This document shows, piece after piece, positions 28,136 to 39,177 of a stretch of 64,000 nucleotides of DNA. Below the pieces are notes generated by a model. The model did not search any database. It was not told where the DNA came from and worked only from the letters and a program-made list of their open reading frames with translations. Origin of the DNA: Verrucomicrobiota bacterium (GTDB lineage: Bacteria > Verrucomicrobiota > Verrucomicrobiia > Opitutales > Cerasicoccaceae); assembly GCA_039818205.1 (NCBI GenBank), contig JBCBUK010000004.1, positions 40,302 through 104,301 of the forward strand, written 5' to 3'. The translations under genes and the position numbers were made by a program. Position 1 is the first letter of the stretch. Each line of letters begins with the position of its first letter.

Positions 28136-29317
28136 ATGGTCGTTAAACCTCGAGTTCGTGGATTCGTGTGCGTGACCGCTCACCCAGAAGGGTGCGCGAA
28201 AAACGTGCAGGAACAAATTGATTACGTAAAAGCAAAGGGCCCGGTTGCGGGCGGTCCTAAAAAAGTTCTGGTGATCGGAGCATCGACCGGCTACGGGCTC
28301 TCATCGCGAATCGCGGCTGCTTTTGGTTCCGATGCCGCTACATTCGGGGTATTCTTTGAACGTCCAAGCGATAAGGGGCGCCCAGCATCGGCTGGTTGGT
28401 ACAACACGGTTGCTTTAGAAAACGCTGCGCAGGACGCTGGTCTCTACGCAAAGAGCATTAATGGAGACGCGTTTTCGAATGAGATCCGCCAACAGGTGAT
28501 TGAAACGCTAAAGGCGGATTTGGGACAGGTTGATCTCGTGATCTATAGCTTGGCATCTCCGCGCCGCACAGATCCTAAGACGGGCGAAACCTACAACAGC
28601 ACATTGAAACCCGTTGGCCGACGCTTTTCGGCCAAGTCAGTCAATACTGACAAAGGGATTGTCACCGATGTTTCCCTCGACCCCGCCACCGACGAAGACA
28701 TCGCGAATACCATCAAGGTGATGGGGGGCGAGGACTGGACACTTTGGATGGAGGCTTTGAAAGAAGCGGATGCGCTGACTCCTGACGCTCAGGCAATTGC
28801 TTATTCATACATCGGGCCGGAGGTAACTTTCCCAATCTACCGCGAAGGAACGATCGGCAACGCCAAGACCGATTTGGAGAATACCGCTAAGGATCTTCGG
28901 GAAGCCGGTTTCAAGGCCTATGTCTCGGTTAATAAAGCCGTCGTGACACAGGCGAGCTCGGCAATTCCCGTGGTGCCCTTGTATATCTCGATCCTCTTCA
29001 AGATCATGAAAGAGAAGGGAATTCATGAGGGATGCATCGAGCAGATGGATCGTATGTTGCGGGAGAAAATTTACGTCGATGGCGGTCCCGTGGTCGATGA
29101 TGCCTCCTTGATCCGGGTCGATGACTGGGAGATGCGCGAGGACATTCAACAGGCCGTAAAAGATGCGTGGACCAGCATCAGCTCGGACAACCTCAAAACG
29201 GATACTGATTTCGATGGCTATCAGGCCGATTTCTTGCGCCTCTTTGGATTTGGTCTCGATGGTGTCGATTACGCGGCAGAAGTCGAAGTCGAGGTGGCGA
29301 TACCAAGCATCGGTTAG
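28136..29317 (+). CDS. fabV: Enoyl-ACP reductase FabV / trans-2-enoyl-CoA reductase
   Basis: RGF.CVTAHPEGC, GASTGYGL, YSLASP, VMGGEDW, YSYIGP...Y..GTIG.AK (Y-X8-K), TQASSAIP, HEGCIEQ; GGAGGA upstream. Confidence 0.95.
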   Translation: MVVKPRVRGFVCVTAHPEGCAKNVQEQIDYVKAKGPVAGGPKKVLVIGASTGYGLSSRIAAAFGSDAATFGVFFERPSDKGRPASAGWYNTVALENAAQDAGLYAKSINGDAFSNEIRQQVIETLKADLGQVDLVIYSLASPRRTDPKTGETYNSTLKPVGRRFSAKSVNTDKGIVTDVSLDPATDEDIANTIKVMGGEDWTLWMEALKEADALTPDAQAIAYSYIGPEVTFPIYREGTIGNAKTDLENTAKDLREAGFKAYVSVNKAVVTQASSAIPVVPLYISILFKIMKEKGIHEGCIEQMDRMLREKIYVDGGPVVDDASLIRVDDWEMREDIQQAVKDAWTSISSDNLKTDTDFDGYQADFLRLFGFGLDGVDYAAEVEVEVAIPSIG

Positions 29318-29366
29318 AACGAGTGGGGAGCCTGCGACATTGGTCCGCAGGTTATAGGTAAGAACC

Positions 29367-30323
29367 ATGAAAATAATTGTTACTGGAGCCAGCGGTCTCG
29401 TTGGACATGCCTTTTTGCAAGAAGCGGTTCGCCGCCGGCACGAGATCATCGCCGTCTCGGGATCGCGGGAGGCCGCGCTTCCTGAAGGGGTGCGAGGAAA
29501 ACAATTCGATCTGAGCCAGACGGCTGAGATCGAAGGGTTGATTCTCGAAGAGTTTCCGGACATCATCGTTAATTGTGCGGCGGTTTCGAGCCCGGCTGGT
29601 GTGGATGCCGATCCGAACTATGCGGAGAAGGTCAATGTGGCCTTGCCGCGTCACTTGGCAATGTTGGCCAACCACCTGAGTGCGCGTTTTTACCACCTGT
29701 CTACGGACATGGTTTTCGAGGGAGTGGAAGGCCCTTATCGCTCAACCGATGCCCCGAATCCGCGAAATCTATATGGCCAGCTGAAACTACTGTCAGAGCG
29801 AGAGGTCCTGAAGTTTGGCAAAGAGTTTGCAACGGTCTTACGGATCGCAATCGTCACTGGAAACAGTCCAGGTGGCGAGCGATCTCTGCACGAACGCCTC
29901 TTTAAACAGTGGGCAGAAGGCAAGCGGACGCCGCTCTACACCAATGAGATTCGCCAGCCCGTTGGAGTCACCAATATTGCAGAAGTGCTTGGTGAATTGT
30001 GCGAGCGACCATCGCTACATGGACTCTTTCATTGGGCTGGTATCGATAAGCTCTCGCGCTACGAAATCGGTCAGAAAATATTGCGCCGGTTTGATTTGCC
30101 GGAGGATTTAATCGAGCCTGCGGAAGCTACTCCGGATCGCCCGCTTGATCTGACATTGGAACTCGAGCCCTTGCTTTCCAAATTGCGAACACCGCCGATG
30201 CGATTTGACGATCAGGTTGCCGCGATGGAGATTCCGACCTTCTGTCGTGCTTGGTATGCGACCATCACACGCCAAGACGTCGAAGAACCCCGTGAACGGT
30301 TCATTAAGGGACGGGATTTTTAG
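29367..30323 (+). CDS. Extended SDR oxidoreductase, RmlD / dTDP-4-dehydrorhamnose reductase-like
   Basis: TGASGLVG, NCAA, STDMVF.G, P.N.YG..K...E. Confidence 0.8.
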   Translation: MKIIVTGASGLVGHAFLQEAVRRRHEIIAVSGSREAALPEGVRGKQFDLSQTAEIEGLILEEFPDIIVNCAAVSSPAGVDADPNYAEKVNVALPRHLAMLANHLSARFYHLSTDMVFEGVEGPYRSTDAPNPRNLYGQLKLLSEREVLKFGKEFATVLRIAIVTGNSPGGERSLHERLFKQWAEGKRTPLYTNEIRQPVGVTNIAEVLGELCERPSLHGLFHWAGIDKLSRYEIGQKILRRFDLPEDLIEPAEATPDRPLDLTLELEPLLSKLRTPPMRFDDQVAAMEIPTFCRAWYATITRQDVEEPRERFIKGRDF

Positions 30324-30361
30324 GCGGTTTCTTCAGTCAAATCTTTGCCGGGCCGTTCTGA

Positions 30362-32425
30362 CTATTTCCGGACGCGATTCGCGAGGACTCGCCAGCGCTG
30401 ACCAAGACTCTGCAAGTAGTTGACCAGGCGCTCGCGGTATTTGATATTTTCGGTCACATTGGTATCCGGTCCAGCGGTCGATCGGAAGTAGTCATAGAAC
30501 TGCGTCTTACCGATTTCGTCCATCTCCCAGGAGGCGAAGTTGATGATGCGCTGGATGAAGAGTTTTGTCTCGCGCTCGTAGTAACTCACATCCCGATTGT
30601 CGACTCGCATCTTATCGACGTAGTCGTCGAACAGGCGACGCATCGTGGGGTTGTTGTAAAACTCGGGATCGTTCGCCAAATAGTAATAAATAGCGAGCGA
30701 GTCTTCGTTGAAATTCCGAATTGTATTGTATTGGCGTTGCCACTTCGACCAGTCGATCCGTTCCCATTGATTTACGGAGTCGATGCGGTAGCCAAACCAA
30801 CGAATGATGGCGCCGTCTTCAACCACCTCGTCATCGATGTTCGCTGCTTCGGCAAAATTCTCAGGCATGTCTTTGCGGACATAGGTCGCGACACCGATCA
30901 CCTCACCGGTATCCAAGTTAATAATGGGACTGCCGCTGTTGCCGGGCACAAAGCGGGCATCAATTTCCACGCGATCGGGGCCGACGCCGAGTACACGACC
31001 GTCTACTTGGGTGACCACACCGCCACCAAGTTTATTGCCTGGGACGACAACGCGGTCACCAATTTCGGTGTCGCTGGAGACGTCGGCTGCCGCCGCAAGT
31101 TCTCCCTTCGACCCGGCAACTGATATGATCGCGATGTCATGCCCAATCGCACCGTAGATTTCTCCGGCCTCCACGGGTTCACCATCGACGGTCCGAATAT
31201 TCAATCGGCGATGACCCGAGATGACGTGCTGGTTCGTCACAATAAAGTTTTTGCCGCGAATGTTGCAAAAGAAGCCGGTGCCAACGCCTTGGTCGCCTTC
31301 GATCACGACGATCGCTTTCATTTGATCAGGGGTCAGCAGGGACTGGTCTTTGCGCGCGGCTGCACTTTGGCGACTTCCGGGCAGGGAAGCGACGTCGTTG
31401 ACTTCTGCTGCTCCAATAGTTCTGGGTTTGCCGGCATTTGGGTCGGGCTCATTGGGCACGGGAGTCTCGGAGGTGCGAGGCGTTCCATCGATACGGACGA
31501 CGCCGGTCGCGGAGGCCTCCAGATCACTTTCGGGAATGGGCGGCATCTCGGCTGATCCGAAGGCAATCGTTCCTGGGTCGGTATCGAAGAACGGTGGGCG
31601 CTCGCGGTTGATTGCCAGCAGATCCTTACCCACTGCCTTACCAAAACCGGGCTGGATAAGTGTTGTTACACCGGTGTAGTCGGTGCCGTCTTTCCTCTCG
31701 GCCATCAACTTGACGACCGCAACCGGCGATCGGGTGAGCCAAATCGCAATCGCGGTATCGTCAGCCGTCCTCCAGCCAACGAGATCCGTTTGCACGCCCG
31801 CAAGGTTTTCTTCTCCGATCCACCAAACCTTGGAAGGGAAGGTGCTGCCGCCGTCGATCCATTCCGTGGGCTCGCCAATGATCGGTTGAATTTCTGGGAT
31901 GGAGCTCAGCAGCCAATCCGGAACTGGGTTGAAATTAACTAGAACTTCGTTGTTCTCGGTGATCGCGGTGACCAAAGACTCAGTAGTCATCGGCAAGGTG
32001 CTCGAGGAATAGTGATCGGTTACGTGACGCTGCGGACCCCAGAAATCCACGGTAGTGAAGCTGCGACCCAACCCCAGGTTTACCAACTCATGACGCATTG
32101 CAAAGGGGTTACGCCGGAATGCGGTCGTGAAGAGTTTCACGATTTTTGTGCGCGCGGGTCCTTTCTCGGACTGAAAGAGAAACCCGCCACCCCCTTCGGC
32201 TTCGACGTATTTGATGACGCGTACTGCTCCCTGCGATTGATAGGTGGCTGCTCCCGCATAGGTGTCTCGCGTCGCATACAGAAGCGCCAATCCATCTCGT
32301 GGCTCCTCAAAAATGATCTTATTGGCTAGCGGAGTCTCAAATGGATCGGGCGCTGAAGTCTGCGCGGCCGCCAGTTGGCAAAACAGCGCTGTCAGTAGGA
32401 AAAATGCTGATCGATATGTGGTCAC
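30362..32425 (-). CDS. Secreted trypsin-like (S1) serine protease with large N-terminal domain
   Basis: GTG 32425 gives a signal peptide (...QLAAA-Q). GTGF, TNQHV (His), HDIA (Asp), PGNSGSP...GEVIGV (Ser). No PDZ domain evident. Confidence 0.8.
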   Translation of the reverse strand: MTTYRSAFFLLTALFCQLAAAQTSAPDPFETPLANKIIFEEPRDGLALLYATRDTYAGAATYQSQGAVRVIKYVEAEGGGGFLFQSEKGPARTKIVKLFTTAFRRNPFAMRHELVNLGLGRSFTTVDFWGPQRHVTDHYSSSTLPMTTESLVTAITENNEVLVNFNPVPDWLLSSIPEIQPIIGEPTEWIDGGSTFPSKVWWIGEENLAGVQTDLVGWRTADDTAIAIWLTRSPVAVVKLMAERKDGTDYTGVTTLIQPGFGKAVGKDLLAINRERPPFFDTDPGTIAFGSAEMPPIPESDLEASATGVVRIDGTPRTSETPVPNEPDPNAGKPRTIGAAEVNDVASLPGSRQSAAARKDQSLLTPDQMKAIVVIEGDQGVGTGFFCNIRGKNFIVTNQHVISGHRRLNIRTVDGEPVEAGEIYGAIGHDIAIISVAGSKGELAAAADVSSDTEIGDRVVVPGNKLGGGVVTQVDGRVLGVGPDRVEIDARFVPGNSGSPIINLDTGEVIGVATYVRKDMPENFAEAANIDDEVVEDGAIIRWFGYRIDSVNQWERIDWSKWQRQYNTIRNFNEDSLAIYYYLANDPEFYNNPTMRRLFDDYVDKMRVDNRDVSYYERETKLFIQRIINFASWEMDEIGKTQFYDYFRSTAGPDTNVTENIKYRERLVNYLQSLGQRWRVLANRVRK

Positions 32426-32563
32426 GGGTGGGAAAAAATCATCTTGTAATAGACGGTTTTTGTCCACGCTAAGTCTTTTCTTGAGTAAATTAGGTAAGAT
32501 ACTAAAAATAAGACTTGCGCTTAGTTGGATCCGCCTTATCCATACGGGCTTCCATTTAAAAAC

Positions 32564-33172
32564 ATGTCGGATACACCTGACAACATCTATCACGTTTTTG
32601 ACCGTATGCTGCCTCGGGCCGATCGCGAATCGGCCTTGAAGCAGCGCTCGCACGTATTCTGGCTGTTTGGCTTGAGCGGCTCGGGCAAGAGCACGTTGGC
32701 GTTGGCGCTGGAGCGCGAATTGTTCAATCGGGGTCATTTTGCGCAGGTCCTCGATGGGGATAACATCCGGAGCGGTCTCAACCGTGACCTTGGATTTTCT
32801 GATGAGGACCGTCTAGAAAACATCCGTCGCATAGCAGAAGTTGCAAAATTGTTTGCGCAGGCCGGTGTCGTTACCATCACGTCATTCATATGCCCGAAGG
32901 AAGAACTTCGGGCCATGGCCAAAGAGATCGTTGGCGACGACGATTTTTCCGATGTTTATGTGAAGGCTTCCTATGAAAGCTGCCAGGAACGGGACCCGAA
33001 AGGTCTCTACAAGAAAGTTCAGGCAGGCCAGGTGAAGCAATTCACTGGAAAGGACAGCGGCTTTGAAGAGCCTGCATCTCCCGCATTGATTATTGATACT
33101 GAAACCGAGACGATTGCCGAGAGTGTCGAGCGCTTGTTGGCCTATGTCTTACCTCGCATTGAATCAAAATAA
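32564..33172 (+). CDS. cysC: Adenylyl-sulfate kinase
   Basis: GLSGSGKST, LDGDNIR, DR.ENIRR, RDPKGLY, FTG.DS..E.P. Confidence 0.95.
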   Translation: MSDTPDNIYHVFDRMLPRADRESALKQRSHVFWLFGLSGSGKSTLALALERELFNRGHFAQVLDGDNIRSGLNRDLGFSDEDRLENIRRIAEVAKLFAQAGVVTITSFICPKEELRAMAKEIVGDDDFSDVYVKASYESCQERDPKGLYKKVQAGQVKQFTGKDSGFEEPASPALIIDTETETIAESVERLLAYVLPRIESK

Positions 33173-33179
33173 TTTTACC

Positions 33180-34097
33180 ATGGAACACCATAGCTATCAG
33201 GTAAACCACCTCAAACAACTCGAGTCCGAGGCCATATTCGTTCTGCGCGAAACCGCTGCGCAGTTTGGCAAGCCCGCGCTGCTTTTTTCTGGCGGTAAGG
33301 ATTCGATCGTCATGGCCTGGCTCGCTCGCAAGGCGTTCTGGCCGGCTAAGCTGCCTTTCCCACTGGTTCATGTGGACACAGGTCACAACTTTGAGGAGAC
33401 GATCCAGTATCGCGATGAGTTTGTTGAACAGATCAAGGCGACCTTGGTAGTCGGCTCCGTTCAAGAATCAATCGATCAAGGTCGGGTTCAGGAAGAAAAA
33501 GGCCCGAAGGCGAGTCGCAATGCGCTCCAAACGGTAACGCTGCTCGATACGATTGAAACGCATGCTTACGATGCCTGCCTTGGCGGCGGTCGTCGCGACG
33601 AAGAAAAAGCTCGGGCCAAGGAGCGTTTCTTCTCTCATCGTGACGAATTTGGCCAATGGGATCCAAAGAACCAACGCCCGGAGCTGTGGAATATCTTCAA
33701 CGGACGCAAGCTGCACGGTGAGCACTTCCGCGTTTTCCCTCTGTCGAATTGGACCGAGATGGACATCTGGCAATACATCAAGGCGGAGAACATTCCACTG
33801 CCGAGTCTTTACTTTGCACATGAGCGTCCGGTCTTTATGCGCGACGGAGCTTATTTGGCCGAAACTGATTTCGTGACCTTGCTTCCCGATGAGCAGCCAA
33901 CCTTGGAAAGCCGCAAAGTTCGTTTCCGCACCATTGGTGATGCAACTTGCACCGGGGCCGTACTTTCGGAAGCCAGCACCATCGACGACATTATCGATGA
34001 AGTGGCGGCTGCCCGACAAACCGAACGGGGAACCCGCTCGGATGACAAGCGTTCGGAAACTGCAATGGAAGACCGCAAAAAACAGGGCTACTTCTAA
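33180..34097 (+). CDS. cysD: Sulfate adenylyltransferase subunit 2
   Basis: LESEAI, FSGGKDS, HVDTG, GGRRDEEKARAKER, WDPKNQRPELW, FPLSNWTE, ME.RK..GYF. Confidence 0.96.
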   Translation: MEHHSYQVNHLKQLESEAIFVLRETAAQFGKPALLFSGGKDSIVMAWLARKAFWPAKLPFPLVHVDTGHNFEETIQYRDEFVEQIKATLVVGSVQESIDQGRVQEEKGPKASRNALQTVTLLDTIETHAYDACLGGGRRDEEKARAKERFFSHRDEFGQWDPKNQRPELWNIFNGRKLHGEHFRVFPLSNWTEMDIWQYIKAENIPLPSLYFAHERPVFMRDGAYLAETDFVTLLPDEQPTLESRKVRFRTIGDATCTGAVLSEASTIDDIIDEVAAARQTERGTRSDDKRSETAMEDRKKQGYF

Positions 34098-34150
34098 GCC
34101 GTTAAGTCCTACTAAACTAACAATCAGAACACAGGACTAAGGATTTTATT

Positions 34151-35425
34151 ATGAGTGAAGAACGTGGTTATCTCGACATGGACATGCTCCGTTTTACAAC
34201 GGCGGGTAGCGTGGACGACGGCAAGAGTACGTTGATCGGGCGTTTGCTTTACGATTCCAAGAACATCTTCGAAGACCAGATGGAGGCGGTTGAAACCAGC
34301 TCTAAGGCTCGCGGTGATGAGCATGTTAACCTGGCACTGCTGACCGATGGTCTGCGGGCGGAGCGCGAGCAAGGCATCACGATTGATGTGGCCTATCGCT
34401 ACTTTGCGACTCCAAAGCGCAAGTTCATCATTGCCGACACGCCAGGTCACATCCAGTACACTCGGAACATGGTTACCGGTGCTTCGACCGCTAACCTTGC
34501 GATCATCTTGATTGATGCGCGTAAGGGTGTGATCGAGCAAACCTGCCGCCACGCGTTTATCGCCAGCTTGCTCCGCATTCAGCACGTAGTTATCTGCGTG
34601 AACAAAATGGACTTGGTGGATTGGTCTCAAGAGACCTACGATCGTATCGTGGCTGACTTTAAGTCGTTTGCGTCTCGTTTGGACAACGTCGTCGAAGTGA
34701 CTTTCATCCCGATCAGTGCGCTTGAGGGTGACAATGTCGTCGATAAGTCGACCAACATGGATTGGTATCAAGGTCCGACTTTGATGTACCACCTGGAAAA
34801 CGTCTATGTCGGCCCGGATTCGAACCACATCGATGCTCGTTTCCCGGTGCAATGGGTCATTCGCCCGATGTCCAACGAATGGCATGACTTCCGTGGGTAT
34901 GCCGGCCGCGTCGCGGGTGGAGTTTTCAAGCCTGGTGATGACGTTGTCGTTCTGCCGAGTGGATTTTCGACTAAGATCAAGACTATCCACACGCTTGGGG
35001 GTGAGTTGCAGGAGGCCTACAATCCGTTGTCTTGCACGATCACACTGGAAGACGAGATTGACATCTCGCGTGGCGACATGATCGCGAAGCCAAACAACCA
35101 ACCTAAGGTTGATCAGGACATCGAAGCGATGATCTGCTGGTTTTCCGAGAAGAAGACCTTGAAGGGACGTGAGAAGCTTATCATGCGTCACACGACGAAA
35201 GAAGCCAAAGTCATCGTAAAGGAGATCCGCTACAAGGTTAACATTAATACCTTGCACAAGATCGAAGGTGACCTGGAGTTTTCGCTCAACGACATTGGTC
35301 GGATTAGCTTACGGACATCTTCACCAATCTTTTACGACAGCTATTCACGTAACCGCCAAACCGGAAGTTTTGTTCTCGTTGATGAGTTCACCAATGAGAC
35401 GGTAGCTGCGGGTATGATTATTTAA
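34151..35425 (+). CDS. cysN: Sulfate adenylyltransferase subunit 1 (GTPase)
   Basis: GSVDDGKSTLIGRLL, AEREQGITIDVAYRYF, DTPGH, NKMD, ISAL.GDNV; no fused CysC. Confidence 0.96.
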   Translation: MSEERGYLDMDMLRFTTAGSVDDGKSTLIGRLLYDSKNIFEDQMEAVETSSKARGDEHVNLALLTDGLRAEREQGITIDVAYRYFATPKRKFIIADTPGHIQYTRNMVTGASTANLAIILIDARKGVIEQTCRHAFIASLLRIQHVVICVNKMDLVDWSQETYDRIVADFKSFASRLDNVVEVTFIPISALEGDNVVDKSTNMDWYQGPTLMYHLENVYVGPDSNHIDARFPVQWVIRPMSNEWHDFRGYAGRVAGGVFKPGDDVVVLPSGFSTKIKTIHTLGGELQEAYNPLSCTITLEDEIDISRGDMIAKPNNQPKVDQDIEAMICWFSEKKTLKGREKLIMRHTTKEAKVIVKEIRYKVNINTLHKIEGDLEFSLNDIGRISLRTSSPIFYDSYSRNRQTGSFVLVDEFTNETVAAGMII

Positions 35426-35463
35426 TTGGCCTTGTTCCACTGACTGCCTAATTCTGGCGGTCA

Positions 35464-38400
35464 GTGGAACCTATTTGGCAAATCGCGGCGGATACGGGCG
35501 GGACGTTTACCGACCTGATTGGTACCGATCCGGAAGGCGTTGAGCATCGTGCTAAAGTGCTTTCGAGCGCGTGTCTGCGCAGTCGAGTGGCGGCTAAGTA
35601 TTCTGGTGGTTGGATCAAGCTTGCGACCAATTGGACGCTGCCAGAGCATTTCTTTCGTGGGTTCAATGTAGCGTTTCCGCAAGGTGAAGTCTTCCGAGTT
35701 CGGGAATACCGTCGACGCGATCACGCCTTATTGCTAGACTTCAATGGTCGATTGCCGCCGGGTGCCACGGTTGAGCTTTCAACTGGTGAGGAAGCACCAA
35801 TCCTCGGTGCGCGAGTAATGACGGGGACATCCGGTAACCAAGTCCTGCCACCGATTGATCTTCGCTTGGGCACGACGCGCGGGACTAACGCTTTGCTGGA
35901 ACGTAACGGCGGACGCGTGGCGTTCTTTGTAACGAAAGGGTTGGCGGATCTCCTGGAAATTGGCGACCAGCGCCGCCCGGATATTTTTGCTCTGAATATC
36001 AAGAAGCCTGCCTCGTTAGTTTATCGAGTCATCGAAGTTGACGGGCGGATGGATGCGAATGGTGAAGAGATTTCTCCAATTAGCTTTGGAAGTGACTTTG
36101 AACAGGCTTTGGCGAGCGCCCGGGCTGCGGGGTGTCAATCGGCGGCCATTGCGTTGCTGCATTCCTATCGAAACCCAGCGCATGAGCACGCCCTTGCCGC
36201 AGTTTTGGAAACAGCTGGCTTCGCTCATGTTGCCTGTTCGTCTGAGCTAGCGCCGATGATTAAGATCCTTCCGCGGGCCCAGACAACGGTGGTTGATGCC
36301 TATTTGGCTAAGATAATGCAGACCTATTTGGATAAGGTTGAAGCGGTTCTGGCGGATGGCTCCCTGAGGATAATGACGAGTGCCGGCGGATTGACGGCAC
36401 GCAACGATTTTTACGCTAAAGACAGTCTGCTCAGTGGGCCTGCCGGTGGTGTGGTTGGTGCCCGCAATGCGGGACACCAAGCGGGTTCTCTACGGTGTAT
36501 CTCATTCGACATGGGTGGAACGAGTACCGATGTGGCTCGGATTCACAGCGATTTCGATTACCGTTCATCGCATCAGGTGGGAGATGCCATGATTATGGCA
36601 CCGGCCTTGAAAATTGAAACGGTTGCTGCCGGCGGCGGCTCGATCTGTGGATGGGATGGTCGACGGCTTTATGTTGGGCCAGATAGTGCTGGAGCGCATC
36701 CGGGGCCAGCGTGTTACGGGGTCGGTGGCCCGCTAACGATTACGGATGTGAACCTGCTGCTTGGTCGTTTGTTACCATCTGCCTTTGGGATTCCGGTATT
36801 TGAATCGGCGGCAGAGCGCGCAGCAGACGCGATTGCACGAGATGCCAATCTATCGCGCACCGAGTTGCTCGAAGGCTTTTTGCGAATTGCTAATGAACGC
36901 ATGGCCGCAGCGATCGAGACGATCTCTGTTCGCGAGGGATATGATCCCAGTGAATATGCGCTGGTTGCTTTTGGTGGGGCCGGCGGCTTGCACGCGTGTG
37001 CGATTGCGGAACTGTTGGCGATGAAGCAAGTTATCTTTCCTCGACATGCGGGCGTTTTGAGTGCCTACGGAATCGAGCAAGCAGCAATTGAACGCATTGG
37101 CGAGCGCCAGGTAATCGCGTTGTTGGGTGACGTTGAAAGGAAGCTGCCGACTTGGCTTGATGAACTTGCCTCACAGCCCAAGCAGCAGCTGTTGGAGGAG
37201 GGAATCGATGCATCGCAGTTGCAGGTTCGGCAGCAGCGGATTACAATGCGTCTTGCAGGTCAGGATTCGTCTTTGACGATTGATCACTGCCGCGACCTGC
37301 GCTCTGCCTTCGTTCGCGAGTATCAGCTGGTCTTCGGGTACTTCCCCGAGGGGCGAGCCGTCGAAGTCGTGTCTTTGCAAGTTGTGGTGTCGACGCCTAT
37401 TGTCACGCCACTTGCAGAAGACTTCGCGGTTGAATCGACCCTAAACTTATCAAGCGCCCAAGCTACCTCTGCAGTTCGGTCAATCGACCGCGGTACGTTA
37501 GCGGGTGGAACCATGATTAACGGGCCAGCAATTGTCTTTGATGACACCTGTACGCTCTTCGTTGAAAGCGGATGGAGTGCAGTGATGGGTTCGGCTGGCA
37601 CCTTAAAGTTGAGTTGTGAAAGGTCACCATCTGTTGATATCGCGGTGCATGAGACGATAGCGCGTGAACTGTTTACCAATCGCTTTCGGCAGCTTGTGGA
37701 TGAGATGGGGGTCCAGCTTGAGCGGACTGCCGTTTCAACAAACGTCAAAGAGCGACTGGATTTTTCGTGTGCGCTCTTGGATCGCAATGGACACCTTGTC
37801 GTTAATGCACCGCATATCCCGGTTCACCTTGGAGCTCTAGGATTGTGTGTGCGTACGGTTGCGGAGCAAATCGACCTGGCTCCAGGTGATGTTGTTGTGA
37901 CGAATCATCCAGGTGCCGGTGGCTCTCACCTGCCTGATGTCACGGTGATCACGCCAATCTTTTTGGAGAACCAATTGCTCGGATACGTTGCGAACCGTGC
38001 GCACCACGCCGAGATCGGAGGAATCCGACCCGGTTCGATGCCGCCCAATGCGCACTGTTTAGCTGAGGAGGGGGTTGTAATCCCTCCGACTTACCTTTTT
38101 CGAAAAGGGGAAAGTCGTCTGGGCGATTTTGAACAGCTGTTAACGGCCGCCCCTTATCCGACTCGCGCTCTTAAGGATAACCTGGCGGACCTGAGTGCGC
38201 AGATTGCCGCAAACCGGCGGGGTGAGGCGCAATTTTTATCATTAGTGAGTGAATCAGGAGCAGACAAAGTCCTTCACTACATGGACGAGCTCTTGCGATT
38301 CTCGGCCGACGCGTTGCGGAAGTCGATCGCTCGTCTACAGGACCGGGCTTACGAAGCACGATCGGTGCTCGACGATGGGACCACGATCCAGGTGAGCGTT

Positions 38401-39177
38401 GAGGTAGATGGAAATAGTATGGTCGTTGATTTCGCAGGAACCGACGATGTTCAGGGTGGCAACCTTAACGCGAGCCCAGCTATCGTTTCCAGCGCATTGA
38501 TCTATGTGCTGCGGCTCTTGACCAAGGAGGACTTGCCTTTGAATGAGGGATTGCTGCGCCCAGTCGGGCTTCGCTTGCCGACATGCTTTCTTAACCCTCA
38601 CTTTCCCGAAGACCCAAGACAGGCTCCCGCAGTCGTTGGCGGGAATGTGGAAACCAGCCAACGGGTGGTCGAATGTTGTTTGCGGGCACTTGAGTTGGTT
38701 GCCGATAGTCAGGGAACGATGAATAACTTTATCTTCGGCAACGATCACTTGAGTTACTACGAAACGATCGGTGGTGGCGCCGGTGCGGGCTGCGGTTTTA
38801 ATGGGACGTCGGGTGTGCATTCTCACATGACCAACACGGCGATAACTGATCCAGAGATTCTCGAACGTCGTTTTCCGTTGCGGCTAACGCGTTTTGCAAT
38901 TCGCAAAGGTTCGGGTGGTAGTGGTAGATGGCGCGGTGGAGATGGATTAATTCGCGAGGTTGAATTCTTGGAGCCGTTGTCGATCTCGCTATTAACCCAA
39001 CACCGAAGTCAAGGTCCTCGAGGATTGGCGGGCGGCCAAGATGCTCTAGTTGGGCAGCAAAGGCGCATTCATGCCTGTGGTCGCGAGGAAGAGTTAATGG
39101 CATTGGCGGATTATGAAGCTATGGCGGGGGAACGTTTGATAATCGAAACACCGGGGGGAGGCGGTTTCGGATCTTGA
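35464..39177 (+). CDS. Fused hydantoinase A/B (ATP-dependent 5-oxoprolinase family) protein
   Basis: [59 protein letters not shown] half has [51 protein letters not shown]. Confidence 0.92.
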   Translation: MEPIWQIAADTGGTFTDLIGTDPEGVEHRAKVLSSACLRSRVAAKYSGGWIKLATNWTLPEHFFRGFNVAFPQGEVFRVREYRRRDHALLLDFNGRLPPGATVELSTGEEAPILGARVMTGTSGNQVLPPIDLRLGTTRGTNALLERNGGRVAFFVTKGLADLLEIGDQRRPDIFALNIKKPASLVYRVIEVDGRMDANGEEISPISFGSDFEQALASARAAGCQSAAIALLHSYRNPAHEHALAAVLETAGFAHVACSSELAPMIKILPRAQTTVVDAYLAKIMQTYLDKVEAVLADGSLRIMTSAGGLTARNDFYAKDSLLSGPAGGVVGARNAGHQAGSLRCISFDMGGTSTDVARIHSDFDYRSSHQVGDAMIMAPALKIETVAAGGGSICGWDGRRLYVGPDSAGAHPGPACYGVGGPLTITDVNLLLGRLLPSAFGIPVFESAAERAADAIARDANLSRTELLEGFLRIANERMAAAIETISVREGYDPSEYALVAFGGAGGLHACAIAELLAMKQVIFPRHAGVLSAYGIEQAAIERIGERQVIALLGDVERKLPTWLDELASQPKQQLLEEGIDASQLQVRQQRITMRLAGQDSSLTIDHCRDLRSAFVREYQLVFGYFPEGRAVEVVSLQVVVSTPIVTPLAEDFAVESTLNLSSAQATSAVRSIDRGTLAGGTMINGPAIVFDDTCTLFVESGWSAVMGSAGTLKLSCERSPSVDIAVHETIARELFTNRFRQLVDEMGVQLERTAVSTNVKERLDFSCALLDRNGHLVVNAPHIPVHLGALGLCVRTVAEQIDLAPGDVVVTNHPGAGGSHLPDVTVITPIFLENQLLGYVANRAHHAEIGGIRPGSMPPNAHCLAEEGVVIPPTYLFRKGESRLGDFEQLLTAAPYPTRALKDNLADLSAQIAANRRGEAQFLSLVSESGADKVLHYMDELLRFSADALRKSIARLQDRAYEARSVLDDGTTIQVSVEVDGNSMVVDFAGTDDVQGGNLNASPAIVSSALIYVLRLLTKEDLPLNEGLLRPVGLRLPTCFLNPHFPEDPRQAPAVVGGNVETSQRVVECCLRALELVADSQGTMNNFIFGNDHLSYYETIGGGAGAGCGFNGTSGVHSHMTNTAITDPEILERRFPLRLTRFAIRKGSGGSGRWRGGDGLIREVEFLEPLSISLLTQHRSQGPRGLAGGQDALVGQQRRIHACGREEELMALADYEAMAGERLIIETPGGGGFGS

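Noticed and set aside
34124..35257. 377-aa antisense ORF over cysN, and similar shadow ORFs over fabV, ftsZ, holB and DUF1800
   Set aside because: They overlap well-conserved genes, carry no motifs, and are expected from codon bias.
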